Virus record (IMG/VR): IMGVR_UViG_3300028591_000123
Span: 1 to 64,000 of that record
Strand: one strand, 5' to 3'
From: a virus
DNA: 64,000 bases
Shown: positions 48,417 through 57,830 of the stretch, piece after piece
Position numbering within the stretch: position 1 is the first letter of the stretch
How the letters are laid out: every line of letters begins with the position of its first letter
The notes under the pieces: generated by a model
The model's database searches: none
Seen by the model: the letters and a program-made list of their open reading frames with translations, nothing else
What the model was told of the DNA's origin: nothing
Made by a program: the position numbers and the translations under genes

Positions 48417-50381
48417 TTATCCTATCCATAACCAATAACCGCTGATGTTCACGGCGGAGTTTGTGTCGTTTATGCAACAAATTCGAAAGCTGCCTGCTTT
48501 ATTGTCATCTAAACGAGCTGTTCTGTGTATGGTATTATTATTGCAGGTAATATAAACATGACCCTTTCTGTCCTTGGGGATTCCGCTTTTAACATCATAA
48601 TATTTAGAATCTTTCGCACCAACCTTCTGTGAGAAGGATCCCATATATATGGAGAAGTTTCTCACATTTCCTAATCCAATCTGTGATTTAGTGACTGTAT
48701 GTGGATTGCTCTTGTTGTTAATATGGTTATTGACTTTGGTATTTAATGATGAATTAGAACTGCTTAAACTGTTTGTGGTGCTTGTTAAATTATCTATCGC
48801 ACTTTGTATCTCACCGAGGCTCTCGTTAATGCTTGAGATTTGGGAGTTAATACTGGTTATATTATACTCATCATCAGAGATTTGTCTGATGATTTGTTCT
48901 ATCGTCATTGAAGTTGCGTGGGTTACCGTTTGACCACCATTCAGCTTCTTTATCTTTGAATTGACATCATCTATCAATGTCTGCAATTCATCAAGTGACT
49001 CGGTCAGGATCTTATTTGATGGATATTTGTCGATGCTGTTGTTGTTTTCGTTGAATGATGCCAATGTTGTTTCCTTATTGGTTTTCTCTTCAAAAGTGGT
49101 TTGGAGATTGTTATATGGGATTAATCCAGTATCATTTTTTCCCTTGATGTAGTATAGGTTTGTGAATTCCTGCCATTCTCTATCATTGACGGCGAATTGT
49201 AATTTTGGATTGTCGCTTTCCTGTGTTTCCGGATCGACTCTGAATTTAAATCTTAACCCTGATGTTGTATATATCTTTGTCGGGTCGGCGTAATCATCAA
49301 ACGTGTTTATATCATCTCTTATTATGTAAACATAATGCCAGTTGTCTTTTAATTCGGCATCCAGGTTATCATATTCCTCTTGTGTTATAAGTATGAATTG
49401 AAGCCCGTTCACCATATCGGCGGAGAAGAATGTATTAGTATTGTATTGTGACTCTGAAACCCTTGATTCTAGGATGTATTTTCTATGATAACTTGTCTCC
49501 TCATCTTCCTCAATCTTCTTATATACTTCTATGTAGTCTTCGTTTGGAGTGCCGTCATCATTGACAGGTTGGGCATCCAGGAGATAATCCTCATCGATAT
49601 AGCGTGAGTTGAGAGTGAACAGGCAATATTCTGATGTTTCGTTGGTTTCCTCATCCAATAGTTCACATGAGATGTCGGGAACATTCGCAACAAACAAGCA
49701 TGTTCCATTATAATCCTGATACAATTCTACAACTTCTCCTTCTTCATCCGTGATGTTGGGATCATATATGACAGGAATCTTGTTGTAATAATGCACAAGG
49801 TTATTATTGACATCAACAGCCTCCACGGAATGATTGTTCAGGATTCTTTGAAGCTCGAGGGCATCCTCTGGATCTAATGCATTTGCCCATCTTGATTCTT
49901 CCTTGTTCACAAACACTTCATACTCATTCATGAATTCCCCAAAATTATACTCGCTCTCCTCGGCATGTCTTCCAAGAAGCTCCAATGCGTAATGAACATC
50001 ATTGATGTTTGTCAGGACGCTGTCGTTTGATATGGAATCATCCTTATACACATCGAATATGGAGCATTCCATATCAGACAATTTAACATCCACATCCCTG
50101 AGGAACTGACTGTTGATTGTCTTGTAATTGTTGATCTGAGTGCTTCCGATATACATTCCTGACTGCAGCACATTGAGATAGTAATCATCTTTTGTGATGA
50201 AATCGCTGGCATGATGTCCGTCCAGCATGTCGGCATCTATCTTTGAACCTTCCCCACCATATGCTATGATGAGGTCTAGGACGTACTGATACTGTTTTGT
50301 CAGGTTCTCCCTTGACAAGGCTTCGCCTATGTAATATTTCTGATTATCATTGTTCATGATGTTTATTTCTTCATTGCTCAT
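48417..50381 (-). CDS. tail fibre-related protein with long coiled coil
   Basis: IDADMLDGHHASDF, NHINNKSNPHTVTKSQIGLGNV, heptad region. Confidence 0.65.
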   Translation of the reverse strand: MSNEEINIMNNDNQKYYIGEALSRENLTKQYQYVLDLIIAYGGEGSKIDADMLDGHHASDFITKDDYYLNVLQSGMYIGSTQINNYKTINSQFLRDVDVKLSDMECSIFDVYKDDSISNDSVLTNINDVHYALELLGRHAEESEYNFGEFMNEYEVFVNKEESRWANALDPEDALELQRILNNHSVEAVDVNNNLVHYYNKIPVIYDPNITDEEGEVVELYQDYNGTCLFVANVPDISCELLDEETNETSEYCLFTLNSRYIDEDYLLDAQPVNDDGTPNEDYIEVYKKIEEDEETSYHRKYILESRVSESQYNTNTFFSADMVNGLQFILITQEEYDNLDAELKDNWHYVYIIRDDINTFDDYADPTKIYTTSGLRFKFRVDPETQESDNPKLQFAVNDREWQEFTNLYYIKGKNDTGLIPYNNLQTTFEEKTNKETTLASFNENNNSIDKYPSNKILTESLDELQTLIDDVNSKIKKLNGGQTVTHATSMTIEQIIRQISDDEYNITSINSQISSINESLGEIQSAIDNLTSTTNSLSSSNSSLNTKVNNHINNKSNPHTVTKSQIGLGNVRNFSIYMGSFSQKVGAKDSKYYDVKSGIPKDRKGHVYITCNNNTIHRTARLDDNKAGSFRICCINDTNSAVNISGYWLWIG

Positions 50382-50974
50382 TCTTCACCCTCTATTTTGG
50401 CTTTGAGTTTCATGTTTTCATCCTGTAGATCATTGATTTGAGTTTGAAGTCCGTCGATTGTTTCGTTGATGTTGTTTCCGTTGATGTTGACATTGGCAGA
50501 GTTCAGGTTGATGCTTTCCTCTGTTAATGATACATTTGTGCTTTCGTTTTTTAGGATGATGTTTTTGTAATCATTTGATGATAGATTGTTCTGGATTGTG
50601 ATGGTCCCTTCTTTTACTGATGTCGGGCTTTGTTTCAGGTTCTCGATCCTTTGGATGTCGTATTTTTTCTCCTTCTTGTTTACCGCGACATCGCATGTCA
50701 GTTTTTGCTTTGGATATAGAAACTTGTCCGTCTCCTTTCCCTCAGGCAGGACTCCATCGTATCCGCTGTATGTGCATGGATGAACCTGTCCATTGATCTC
50801 AACATACCATCCTTTTCCAAACAGCTTGCTCTTGTCTATCTTCTTCAATGTTCCCGTTTTTTCCTTTGTATCCTCATCCTGGTCGAAATGTCCTTTCTTA
50901 GTTTTTGTTCCGGCGAATTCCTGAAACCTGTCTCGGAATCTCTTATTTGTAGGACGATATGAACTTCTTACCAT
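50378..50974 (-). CDS. putative baseplate spike (gpV/gp5 OB-like) protein
   Basis: Directly after the hub genes; beta-rich, with repeat-like SINLNSANVNING and a C-terminal coil. Confidence 0.5.
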   Translation of the reverse strand: MVRSSYRPTNKRFRDRFQEFAGTKTKKGHFDQDEDTKEKTGTLKKIDKSKLFGKGWYVEINGQVHPCTYSGYDGVLPEGKETDKFLYPKQKLTCDVAVNKKEKKYDIQRIENLKQSPTSVKEGTITIQNNLSSNDYKNIILKNESTNVSLTEESINLNSANVNINGNNINETIDGLQTQINDLQDENMKLKAKIEGEE

Positions 50975-51011
50975 TTAAACAACCTCTTATGTTTTAATTT
51001 TTCCCTAAATT

Positions 51012-51024
51012 TTTTATTTAAATA
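51012..51024 (-). promoter_or_regulatory. TATA box upstream of the spike gene
   Basis: TATTTAAATAAAA on - strand in a 54-nt AT-rich gap. Confidence 0.4.
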
Positions 51025-51028
51025 TTAA

Positions 51029-52663
51029 TTATGAGTGGTTTCCATACCAAGGGTTCTGATAACCAGGGTATGAACTAGGGTTGTTCATGTCTGACGGAGG
51101 AGCTCTTGATACATGGTAGTGTCCCGCTTTCATCGCTGATGTCGGGGTCAAGCCGCTCGGCATTTCGCTCTGTTCGGGTGGGAATATCCATTCTCCCCCC
51201 TGTTTCACTTGTATGACATGGTGAGTTCCACTCACACCGCTTCCGGCTCCGACAACATCCCTTGCCGGGACGTTGCATTTGAAGTTAAGAACATAATACA
51301 GCCATGCCGTAGATGAGTAGCAATCCCATTGTTTCCTGGACGTGTTTTCTCCGAAAACCTTATAAGCTTCGGCGGGATCATGGGGGTTGCTCATTGAATA
51401 ATTATGGGACCATACTGAGTTTTTCGCGATATCCCAATACTTGTTCCAGCAATCGCTGCCGACATTCCCTGAGCTGCTTTCAGGGGAGTATCCGCCTGTC
51501 CCAGTCTCCGGGACCTCCGGGTTGTCAGGGCTTTCCGGGGAGAACTCAAGCTCCAGGTCAACCTGTATGGGGCCTTCATCCCATTCAACTCCGACTCCTT
51601 TAACGAAATAGAATTCCTGATTCTTTCCGGTGTTATGAAGCATGTGAGGATTGTCCAAGGTTACTATGTCTCCCACATCTATGTCTCCATCATGAAGAAG
51701 AGACACTCCCATTGTCATTGAAAATTCTCTGACATGGGCGGCGAGGTATGTCTTGGCTTTCCTTATGGCCTGTGTCTTGCTGAGCTTTGGCTCTTTATAT
51801 GTGATGGGGTGTTCTCCATATACGGCGACAAGGTCATTGTATTGCTCCTTGACAACCCCGTTTGAGTATTTGACATATACTGTGTTATAGAATCCAAACT
51901 GGTTCACATCAACCTCGTATGAGCCGTCTTCTATCTGCCATAGTTTAATGTCTTCGCTTGATGAAACCTTTTTCTTGTCTCTTATCTCCTGGGCTTCATT
52001 ATAGATTGATTCAAAATCGGTAACAACGACCATGTTTCTCTTGCATAAGAAGAGAATATCCAATCCGTTGCAGATATCTCCTATTATGTCCTGAAAGGTT
52101 CTTTCACCACTCAGCATTGGATTCATCAGGGCGGAATCGCCTTGCTGGGTTTCGTAATCGGATGATGAACCATTGGTCTGTCCACCCAGTACAGAGAGAA
52201 GGTTCTGAGCTAATTCGTCAAATGATGATCCGCAGGCATAGTCGCATTCGGGGTATTTCTGCATGACCTCGGCTGTTGTCATTCCGATGAGTTCGGCTAC
52301 GTATGAACGAGGAGCCACACCATCCGCAACCCAGTTGAGCTTCGCCGTTGTCGCTCCGCTGCATGTGCATGTGTTTGTTTCTATCCATCCTTGAAGGGCG
52401 AAGTAACAATGTGAGACATGGTAGTATCCTTTGCTGATTCCATCATGGAAATCCTTATATGTTTGCAGGTCAGCACCGTTCACTAGCATCACAGCTACTT
52501 TTCCTGAAGTGCTTGATGACAGGCAGGTATTCTGCAAGGGACTTGGTCCAACCGGTACTGTTTTAACCGTGTGTCCGGCATCTCTTAAAACCTTGGCCAT
52601 TTTCTGCAATGTAACCCTGTCTTCGGATATGTTGTTGCTGTCGCACCCCATTATGATATCCAT
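51029..52663 (-). CDS. hub C-half paralogue 3: unknown N-terminal alpha/beta domain + hub C-half + Cys/His transglutaminase-like domain
   Basis: TFQDIIGDICNGLDILFLCKRNM...GFYNTVYVKY; C-terminal WDCYSSTAWLYY...GTHHVIQV. Confidence 0.7.
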   Translation of the reverse strand: MDIIMGCDSNNISEDRVTLQKMAKVLRDAGHTVKTVPVGPSPLQNTCLSSSTSGKVAVMLVNGADLQTYKDFHDGISKGYYHVSHCYFALQGWIETNTCTCSGATTAKLNWVADGVAPRSYVAELIGMTTAEVMQKYPECDYACGSSFDELAQNLLSVLGGQTNGSSSDYETQQGDSALMNPMLSGERTFQDIIGDICNGLDILFLCKRNMVVVTDFESIYNEAQEIRDKKKVSSSEDIKLWQIEDGSYEVDVNQFGFYNTVYVKYSNGVVKEQYNDLVAVYGEHPITYKEPKLSKTQAIRKAKTYLAAHVREFSMTMGVSLLHDGDIDVGDIVTLDNPHMLHNTGKNQEFYFVKGVGVEWDEGPIQVDLELEFSPESPDNPEVPETGTGGYSPESSSGNVGSDCWNKYWDIAKNSVWSHNYSMSNPHDPAEAYKVFGENTSRKQWDCYSSTAWLYYVLNFKCNVPARDVVGAGSGVSGTHHVIQVKQGGEWIFPPEQSEMPSGLTPTSAMKAGHYHVSRAPPSDMNNPSSYPGYQNPWYGNHS

Positions 52664-54013
52664 CTATAAGCACCCCTTGGCTTTTCTTATCGCATTTATG
52701 ACCGCGTTCTGGTTTTTGTAATGTGTTATCGGACCGAGGGTGTTGACTACAAGGGCAATGTTTCTGTATGCGCATGGGGTTTTCATCAGGGTCCCGACGA
52801 TCCTGGCTTTTTCTGTTGTCCGGTTTCTCGGGTAAGCGTTTTGAATGACTTTTGATATCTCGGTCCAGACCTTGCTGTTGCCTGTGTCCTCGGTTGTCTC
52901 TGTTGTTGGAACATCTTCTGCCTCACCGGTTGTTCCGGAATCATCTGAAGAGCCTGAAGACCCATTACCGCCTCCACTACCCCCTGATGATGAAGAAGTA
53001 GTGTTTGATGATGTTCCTGATTCATCCCGCTCAGGAGCTTCCGGGCTGTAGGATAATTCCAAATCACATGTGATCGGGCCTTCATCCCATTCGATGTTTA
53101 ATCCTTTGACAAAATAAAACTCGGGAAGCTCGCCTTCCTGTTTCTTTATCTCATTCTTCAATGTCAATGGGTTCTCCAATGTGACAATATCCCCTATGTC
53201 TATGCCTCCATCATGAAGGATGCTTGCCTTGATTCCCATTCCGAAATCTCTCATATGGGCGGCGAGGTACATCTTGGCTTTTTTCTGAGCCTGGGTTTTA
53301 CTCAGCTTCTTTTCCTTGTATGTCTTCGGAACCTCGCCATACACTCTGACAAGATCGGGGAAGGATTCCTTGACAACCCCGTTCCTGTATTGAACATAAA
53401 CCGTGTTGAAGAATCCGTATTCATTGACATCAAGGTCGTAAGTTCCGTCCTGAAGCTGCCATAATGCTATGTCTTCGGCGCTGTTTTTTTGTTTCTCCCT
53501 CAGGTATGCGGCTTCCGCATATAATGTTTCCACATCGGTCACGACAATCATGTTTCTCTTGCATAGAAATTGCACGTCGATCCCGTTGCAGATTTCACCA
53601 ATAAGATCCTTGAATGTTTTCTCACCACTTAAAACAGGGTTGTAGGCGGCTTCTGATGATGAAGATGATGAAGATGAAGAACCACCGGCGCTTACCGGGT
53701 TCATCTCATTGGATGCTGGGGTCAGTGTTCCTCTTGACGGGGTCCACTTATCCTCTCCGTTCACACAATCATAATCGGCATCGCAAGCACTGCATGTCAA
53801 TTCTCCCTCGGCGGTTTTCTTGGGATTGAATAATAATGTTCCTTCCTTTCCACATAATGGGCATTTGTTTTTCCAGTAATGTTCTGTTAATTCGTATGAA
53901 TATCCATCCCTGCCGGGGTATGACCATGTGTGGATGATTTTCTTATCCTGTGAGTATTCGGCTTTAACTCCGTCCAATGCCATGATATCACCCGAAGAGA
54001 TTTGATAATGCAT
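52664..54013 (-). CDS. hub C-half paralogue 2: N-terminal Zn-finger domain + hub C-half + helical module (likely start ATG 53983)
   Basis: CPLC...CSAC...DC; TFKDLIGEICNGIDVQFLCKRNM...GFFNTVYVQY. Confidence 0.7.
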   Translation of the reverse strand: MHYQISSGDIMALDGVKAEYSQDKKIIHTWSYPGRDGYSYELTEHYWKNKCPLCGKEGTLLFNPKKTAEGELTCSACDADYDCVNGEDKWTPSRGTLTPASNEMNPVSAGGSSSSSSSSSEAAYNPVLSGEKTFKDLIGEICNGIDVQFLCKRNMIVVTDVETLYAEAAYLREKQKNSAEDIALWQLQDGTYDLDVNEYGFFNTVYVQYRNGVVKESFPDLVRVYGEVPKTYKEKKLSKTQAQKKAKMYLAAHMRDFGMGIKASILHDGGIDIGDIVTLENPLTLKNEIKKQEGELPEFYFVKGLNIEWDEGPITCDLELSYSPEAPERDESGTSSNTTSSSSGGSGGGNGSSGSSDDSGTTGEAEDVPTTETTEDTGNSKVWTEISKVIQNAYPRNRTTEKARIVGTLMKTPCAYRNIALVVNTLGPITHYKNQNAVINAIRKAKGCL

Positions 54014-55235
54014 TCAATAAACCATTTCCGCCACTTGATGATGAGCTTGTTGGTTCTGCTCCCAATGATTTCGGCCACCAGGATTTATTTGTTTTCGCTC
54101 CTTGTTTAAAAGTTTTCAAGTCCTTTAACAATAGATTTTTATCAGTACGTCCTTTATATATTCGATTTAGATAATATGTTGGAGATGGTCTGCCAACAGC
54201 CTTTGATGGTGAAACCCCAGAATACCATATTCTGTAGATTGTGGCGACAGAATTCAAGGCTGTAGGATTCTTAGCCCAGTACCTTGCATTGTAAGCACTC
54301 TTCAACCATTTCTTCACATTCTCCTGACCAGCATTTCCACCAGTTGGTTGACCATTTGCTGATGGAGAATAAGTGCTCGTGTTCTGTGTTGACTCCTGAG
54401 CTCCTGATTGGGCGGCTCCTCCGTATGTTGTGCCGTAGACTGACGCTCCGCTTCCGCTGTAAGTGTTTCCTTTTGCGATCTTGCTCATTGTGGGGGTGAC
54501 TTTACTATATTTCAAGGTGTAATTTATATGATAAAGGTTATTCAGTTTATCTTCGTCCAGTTTGTTCTGCAAGGTATACTTGTTTATAGTGTCGCTTGGG
54601 TTGGTCTTTTTGATCCTGTCAATGAGGTCAGGGATTTCAGTAATCTCCTCTCCATTCATTGTCACATTGCCGTTCTCATCAAAACCAATCTCTTTTAATC
54701 TTTTTTTCGCATTAGGGGATATGACGTACTTGTCAATCTTCAAGGCTTCAAATATCAACTTCATGACAGTATACCCATCCTTGTTCACCACATTGTCATT
54801 GACAAAAGCTGATGATGCGTTCTGCTCGAATTTCCATCCATAATTCTGCAATGAAACAACAAGCTCGTATCCATCTTGTCTGACTTCACGGCATCTTCCT
54901 ACAAATAATATCTTTGGAGCTCCCTTGTTTGCCCCATATATTACACATGTAGCTCTTAAAGGTTCCCAGTACTCCATCAGGTCGGAGTCGAAAGGACATC
55001 TCAGCTCCGCCGTTCCCATGAATTCAGACACCTGCACGTCAATGCTTAATGAATGAAAGTAGGTATGTGTCTGCTTATCAGTATTCGTCCATACATTGAC
55101 TTGGGTTTTGAAGTTCGGACTCTTATATGATGTATTATCATCAATCCCAAGCTTTCTGTTGTTGTTGGGTTTTAGGAAACCCGCTTTCTTTAATTTAATG
55201 TAAGCTTCAGCTGTATTCTGATCTTTTTCTGACAT
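53988..55235 (-). CDS. hub N-half paralogue 2 (GPD/gp27-like N-terminal barrel)
   Basis: DLMEYWEP...CVIYG...LFVGRCREVRQDGYELVVSLQNYGWK. Confidence 0.7.
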   Translation of the reverse strand: MSEKDQNTAEAYIKLKKAGFLKPNNNRKLGIDDNTSYKSPNFKTQVNVWTNTDKQTHTYFHSLSIDVQVSEFMGTAELRCPFDSDLMEYWEPLRATCVIYGANKGAPKILFVGRCREVRQDGYELVVSLQNYGWKFEQNASSAFVNDNVVNKDGYTVMKLIFEALKIDKYVISPNAKKRLKEIGFDENGNVTMNGEEITEIPDLIDRIKKTNPSDTINKYTLQNKLDEDKLNNLYHINYTLKYSKVTPTMSKIAKGNTYSGSGASVYGTTYGGAAQSGAQESTQNTSTYSPSANGQPTGGNAGQENVKKWLKSAYNARYWAKNPTALNSVATIYRIWYSGVSPSKAVGRPSPTYYLNRIYKGRTDKNLLLKDLKTFKQGAKTNKSWWPKSLGAEPTSSSSSGGNGLLNALSNLFG

Positions 55236-55247
55236 CTCTTATCACCT

Positions 55248-56678
55248 CTAGCAAACTTCCGAAACACTTGAAAGTTCTTTGCAATTTGATTTTGAAACCA
55301 TGTTCTTTCCGCCCCATCCGGCATAACGGCTTACGCCATCTACAATTACCCATCCGTTCCCATATTTGGCTTCTGGGTAATAGTGTCCCGCGGTATGTCC
55401 TGTTGTGAATGTAACTGAGAAACAATGATGGAGTTTGTTTGGAACTCCAACCGCTGTGAATAAATCACATAATGCCTTGGCTGTATCTGTACAATTAGCG
55501 GATTTGCTGCTAAGAACTTGTTCTGTACTTTGTCTACTACATTCATAATGTCCATAATGCATATTTGATTTCCACCAGGCCCATATTTTCTGGACTTTTT
55601 CATCATTAGTGGTGGCGTTGCCTACTATCTTTTTGGCGAAATCAGCCACGGTGCCTGATGGGTTTCCCGCCATCTGGCCACCACCACCGCTGCTTCCGCT
55701 GCTGTTATTAGTATAATATCCGCCACCGGTTTCCGGGACTTCCGGATTGTCGGGGTTTTCGGGGCCGTATCTCAGGTCGAGGTCCGCTACGAATGTTTTT
55801 TCACTAGCGTTCCAGTTTACTGACAAGCCGTATATGTAGTAAAGGTTTTCCGTCATTGTGAGGGGGTTTCTTAATTTTATGTATTGTCCGACCGCAAGCT
55901 TGCCACTATAGAGTGCGGATACTTGAACGGTCATGTTAAAATCTCTAATGTTCGCACTCAAGTATGCTTCTGCTTTCACCCTCGCTTGAGTATATGAAAG
56001 GGTCTTGTCGGAATAGGTTGCAGAAACCTCGCCATATATATTAACAAGGTCTTCATTGCATACTTTGACAGTTCCATTCCTGTAATGCAGGATGACAGTA
56101 TTTATCATTCCCGCCTGATTGACATCAACATCAAGGCTTCCATCTTCCTGCATCCAATAATCAATCACTATCGGCTTGTCAGGAAAGCCGGTTTCCTTGT
56201 ACCCTCCGGCGAATAATGTGTTAAAGGATACAAAATATACTGTATCATTAACTATGTAATAATGCGCATCAATGGCGGATGCTATGCTGTGAAGAACATC
56301 ATCAAAGGTTAAATCTTCATTATCAGCCTTGTCCGCTGAGGAATCATCGGAATCGGATGAGCCGCTTCCGGAAGAACCACCTCCTGATGATTCTGAGTCA
56401 CCGCTTAACAATGAATCTTCATCAGTAGCGTCAGGTTCTTCAAGGTCATCGGAGGCGGATGTTTCGCATCCTTTTATCCTCATGATATCCCTTATCAGAG
56501 CATTCTGGTTCTTATAATGGGAGAAAGGACCGCCCATCTCATTAGTTATGAGGGCTATGTTTCTCCATGCGCACCGTGCTCCTGCCAGTCTTTTTGAGAA
56601 GCTGTATAATTGTTTCTTGCTGTATGTTGGATAGGCCCATCTTAAATGGGTGTAGATTGAGTCGAAAACCTGTGTCAT
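55248..56678 (-). CDS. hub C-half paralogue 1 with C-terminal transglutaminase-like (PeiW/C71-type) peptidase
   Basis: TFDDVLHSIASAIDAHYYIV...NTVILHY; triad-like ANCTD, GHYY, IVDG. Confidence 0.75.
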   Translation of the reverse strand: MTQVFDSIYTHLRWAYPTYSKKQLYSFSKRLAGARCAWRNIALITNEMGGPFSHYKNQNALIRDIMRIKGCETSASDDLEEPDATDEDSLLSGDSESSGGGSSGSGSSDSDDSSADKADNEDLTFDDVLHSIASAIDAHYYIVNDTVYFVSFNTLFAGGYKETGFPDKPIVIDYWMQEDGSLDVDVNQAGMINTVILHYRNGTVKVCNEDLVNIYGEVSATYSDKTLSYTQARVKAEAYLSANIRDFNMTVQVSALYSGKLAVGQYIKLRNPLTMTENLYYIYGLSVNWNASEKTFVADLDLRYGPENPDNPEVPETGGGYYTNNSSGSSGGGGQMAGNPSGTVADFAKKIVGNATTNDEKVQKIWAWWKSNMHYGHYECSRQSTEQVLSSKSANCTDTAKALCDLFTAVGVPNKLHHCFSVTFTTGHTAGHYYPEAKYGNGWVIVDGVSRYAGWGGKNMVSKSNCKELSSVSEVC

Positions 56679-57829
56679 ATGTGAACCCCGCTTACGTATC
56701 TTTGACTTTCAATTGTTCTTTGAATCTTTCTCCTGTTCTGGGCGGGAGTGCCGTAATATGTTTGTTTCTTATAAGCCTTGTCTATCCATGCCTGCTTGCC
56801 CGTACCACTATGGGATGTCGCATTGCCGTACCAGGCTTCCCATATCTGTTTGTAGTAGGCTTTGCTGTACGCCTTTGGTTTCGGGGCCGGTGTTGTCTCG
56901 GAGGATGTTGAATCAGATGACGGTACATCAGATGATGAATCTCCTGATGATTCTGATTCCTGTGAAGCCTTCGCGGCGGCTTTCGCCTTCGCCTTGGCTT
57001 CGGATTTCATCTTCTTCTGAAGGCTCTTGTAGGCGCTTGATTTCTTGTCTATCCCGGTCACATAATATTCCGACAGATTCTCCAAGTCATTCTTTGATGT
57101 TATCCTTGAAGCCGTTTTCAAATTAACATTGTTATTGATCGTCCATGAGTTGCGGATTGATGAAGGATAATAATAATTGCTTGACCCCACAACCTGAGTC
57201 AGCTTGTAGAGTTCTCTGTTATTGAATTCCCTGCTGACTTCCGTGTTTTCCTTTGTATATTTCGCATCAGCCACAGCCTGGTCTATATCGCTTCCTTTCA
57301 TGTTTTTGATTACCTGATTAAGATCGGGAATTGACTCGACCGTTGTGCCTCCTATGGCGACAGAGCCTCCGCTTTCATATACATACTTGTTCAGGTCGGT
57401 TATTCCATCCAGATTCACATGGTATTTGACATTAGCCATTCCTAATAATGTGTATACAACATCCTTGACGGGTTTGCCATCAAGATAATCCAGGACGGAA
57501 GCTGGACACAACTGCTTGAGCTTCCATCCGATATTCTCACATGTGACCTGTATCTCATACCCCGTGTGCATGATTTCCCTGACTCTCCCGGAGAACAGTT
57601 TCTCCCGGTCATATGTTCCGCCATAAATGGCGCATGACATCCGACCTGGCTCCCAATAAGCCATCAAGTCCGGATCATAAGGCATGTGCAGGACCGCTGT
57701 TGTCACGATATCGTTCTTGTCGCAATCAAGGTCGAAAGCCGTGATGTAATCATGGATCTTGCCGTCAGGGTATGTTTCAACTCTCAACACTTCTGAGAGT
57801 CCATTGTAATCATATCTTTTAGTTGACAT
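56675..57829 (-). CDS. hub N-half paralogue 1 (GPD/gp27-like N-terminal barrel)
   Basis: DLMAYWEP...CAIYG...LFSGRVREIMHTGYEIQVTCENIGWK. Confidence 0.7.
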   Translation of the reverse strand: MSTKRYDYNGLSEVLRVETYPDGKIHDYITAFDLDCDKNDIVTTAVLHMPYDPDLMAYWEPGRMSCAIYGGTYDREKLFSGRVREIMHTGYEIQVTCENIGWKLKQLCPASVLDYLDGKPVKDVVYTLLGMANVKYHVNLDGITDLNKYVYESGGSVAIGGTTVESIPDLNQVIKNMKGSDIDQAVADAKYTKENTEVSREFNNRELYKLTQVVGSSNYYYPSSIRNSWTINNNVNLKTASRITSKNDLENLSEYYVTGIDKKSSAYKSLQKKMKSEAKAKAKAAAKASQESESSGDSSSDVPSSDSTSSETTPAPKPKAYSKAYYKQIWEAWYGNATSHSGTGKQAWIDKAYKKQTYYGTPAQNRRKIQRTIESQRYVSGVHI

Positions 57830-57830
57830 T

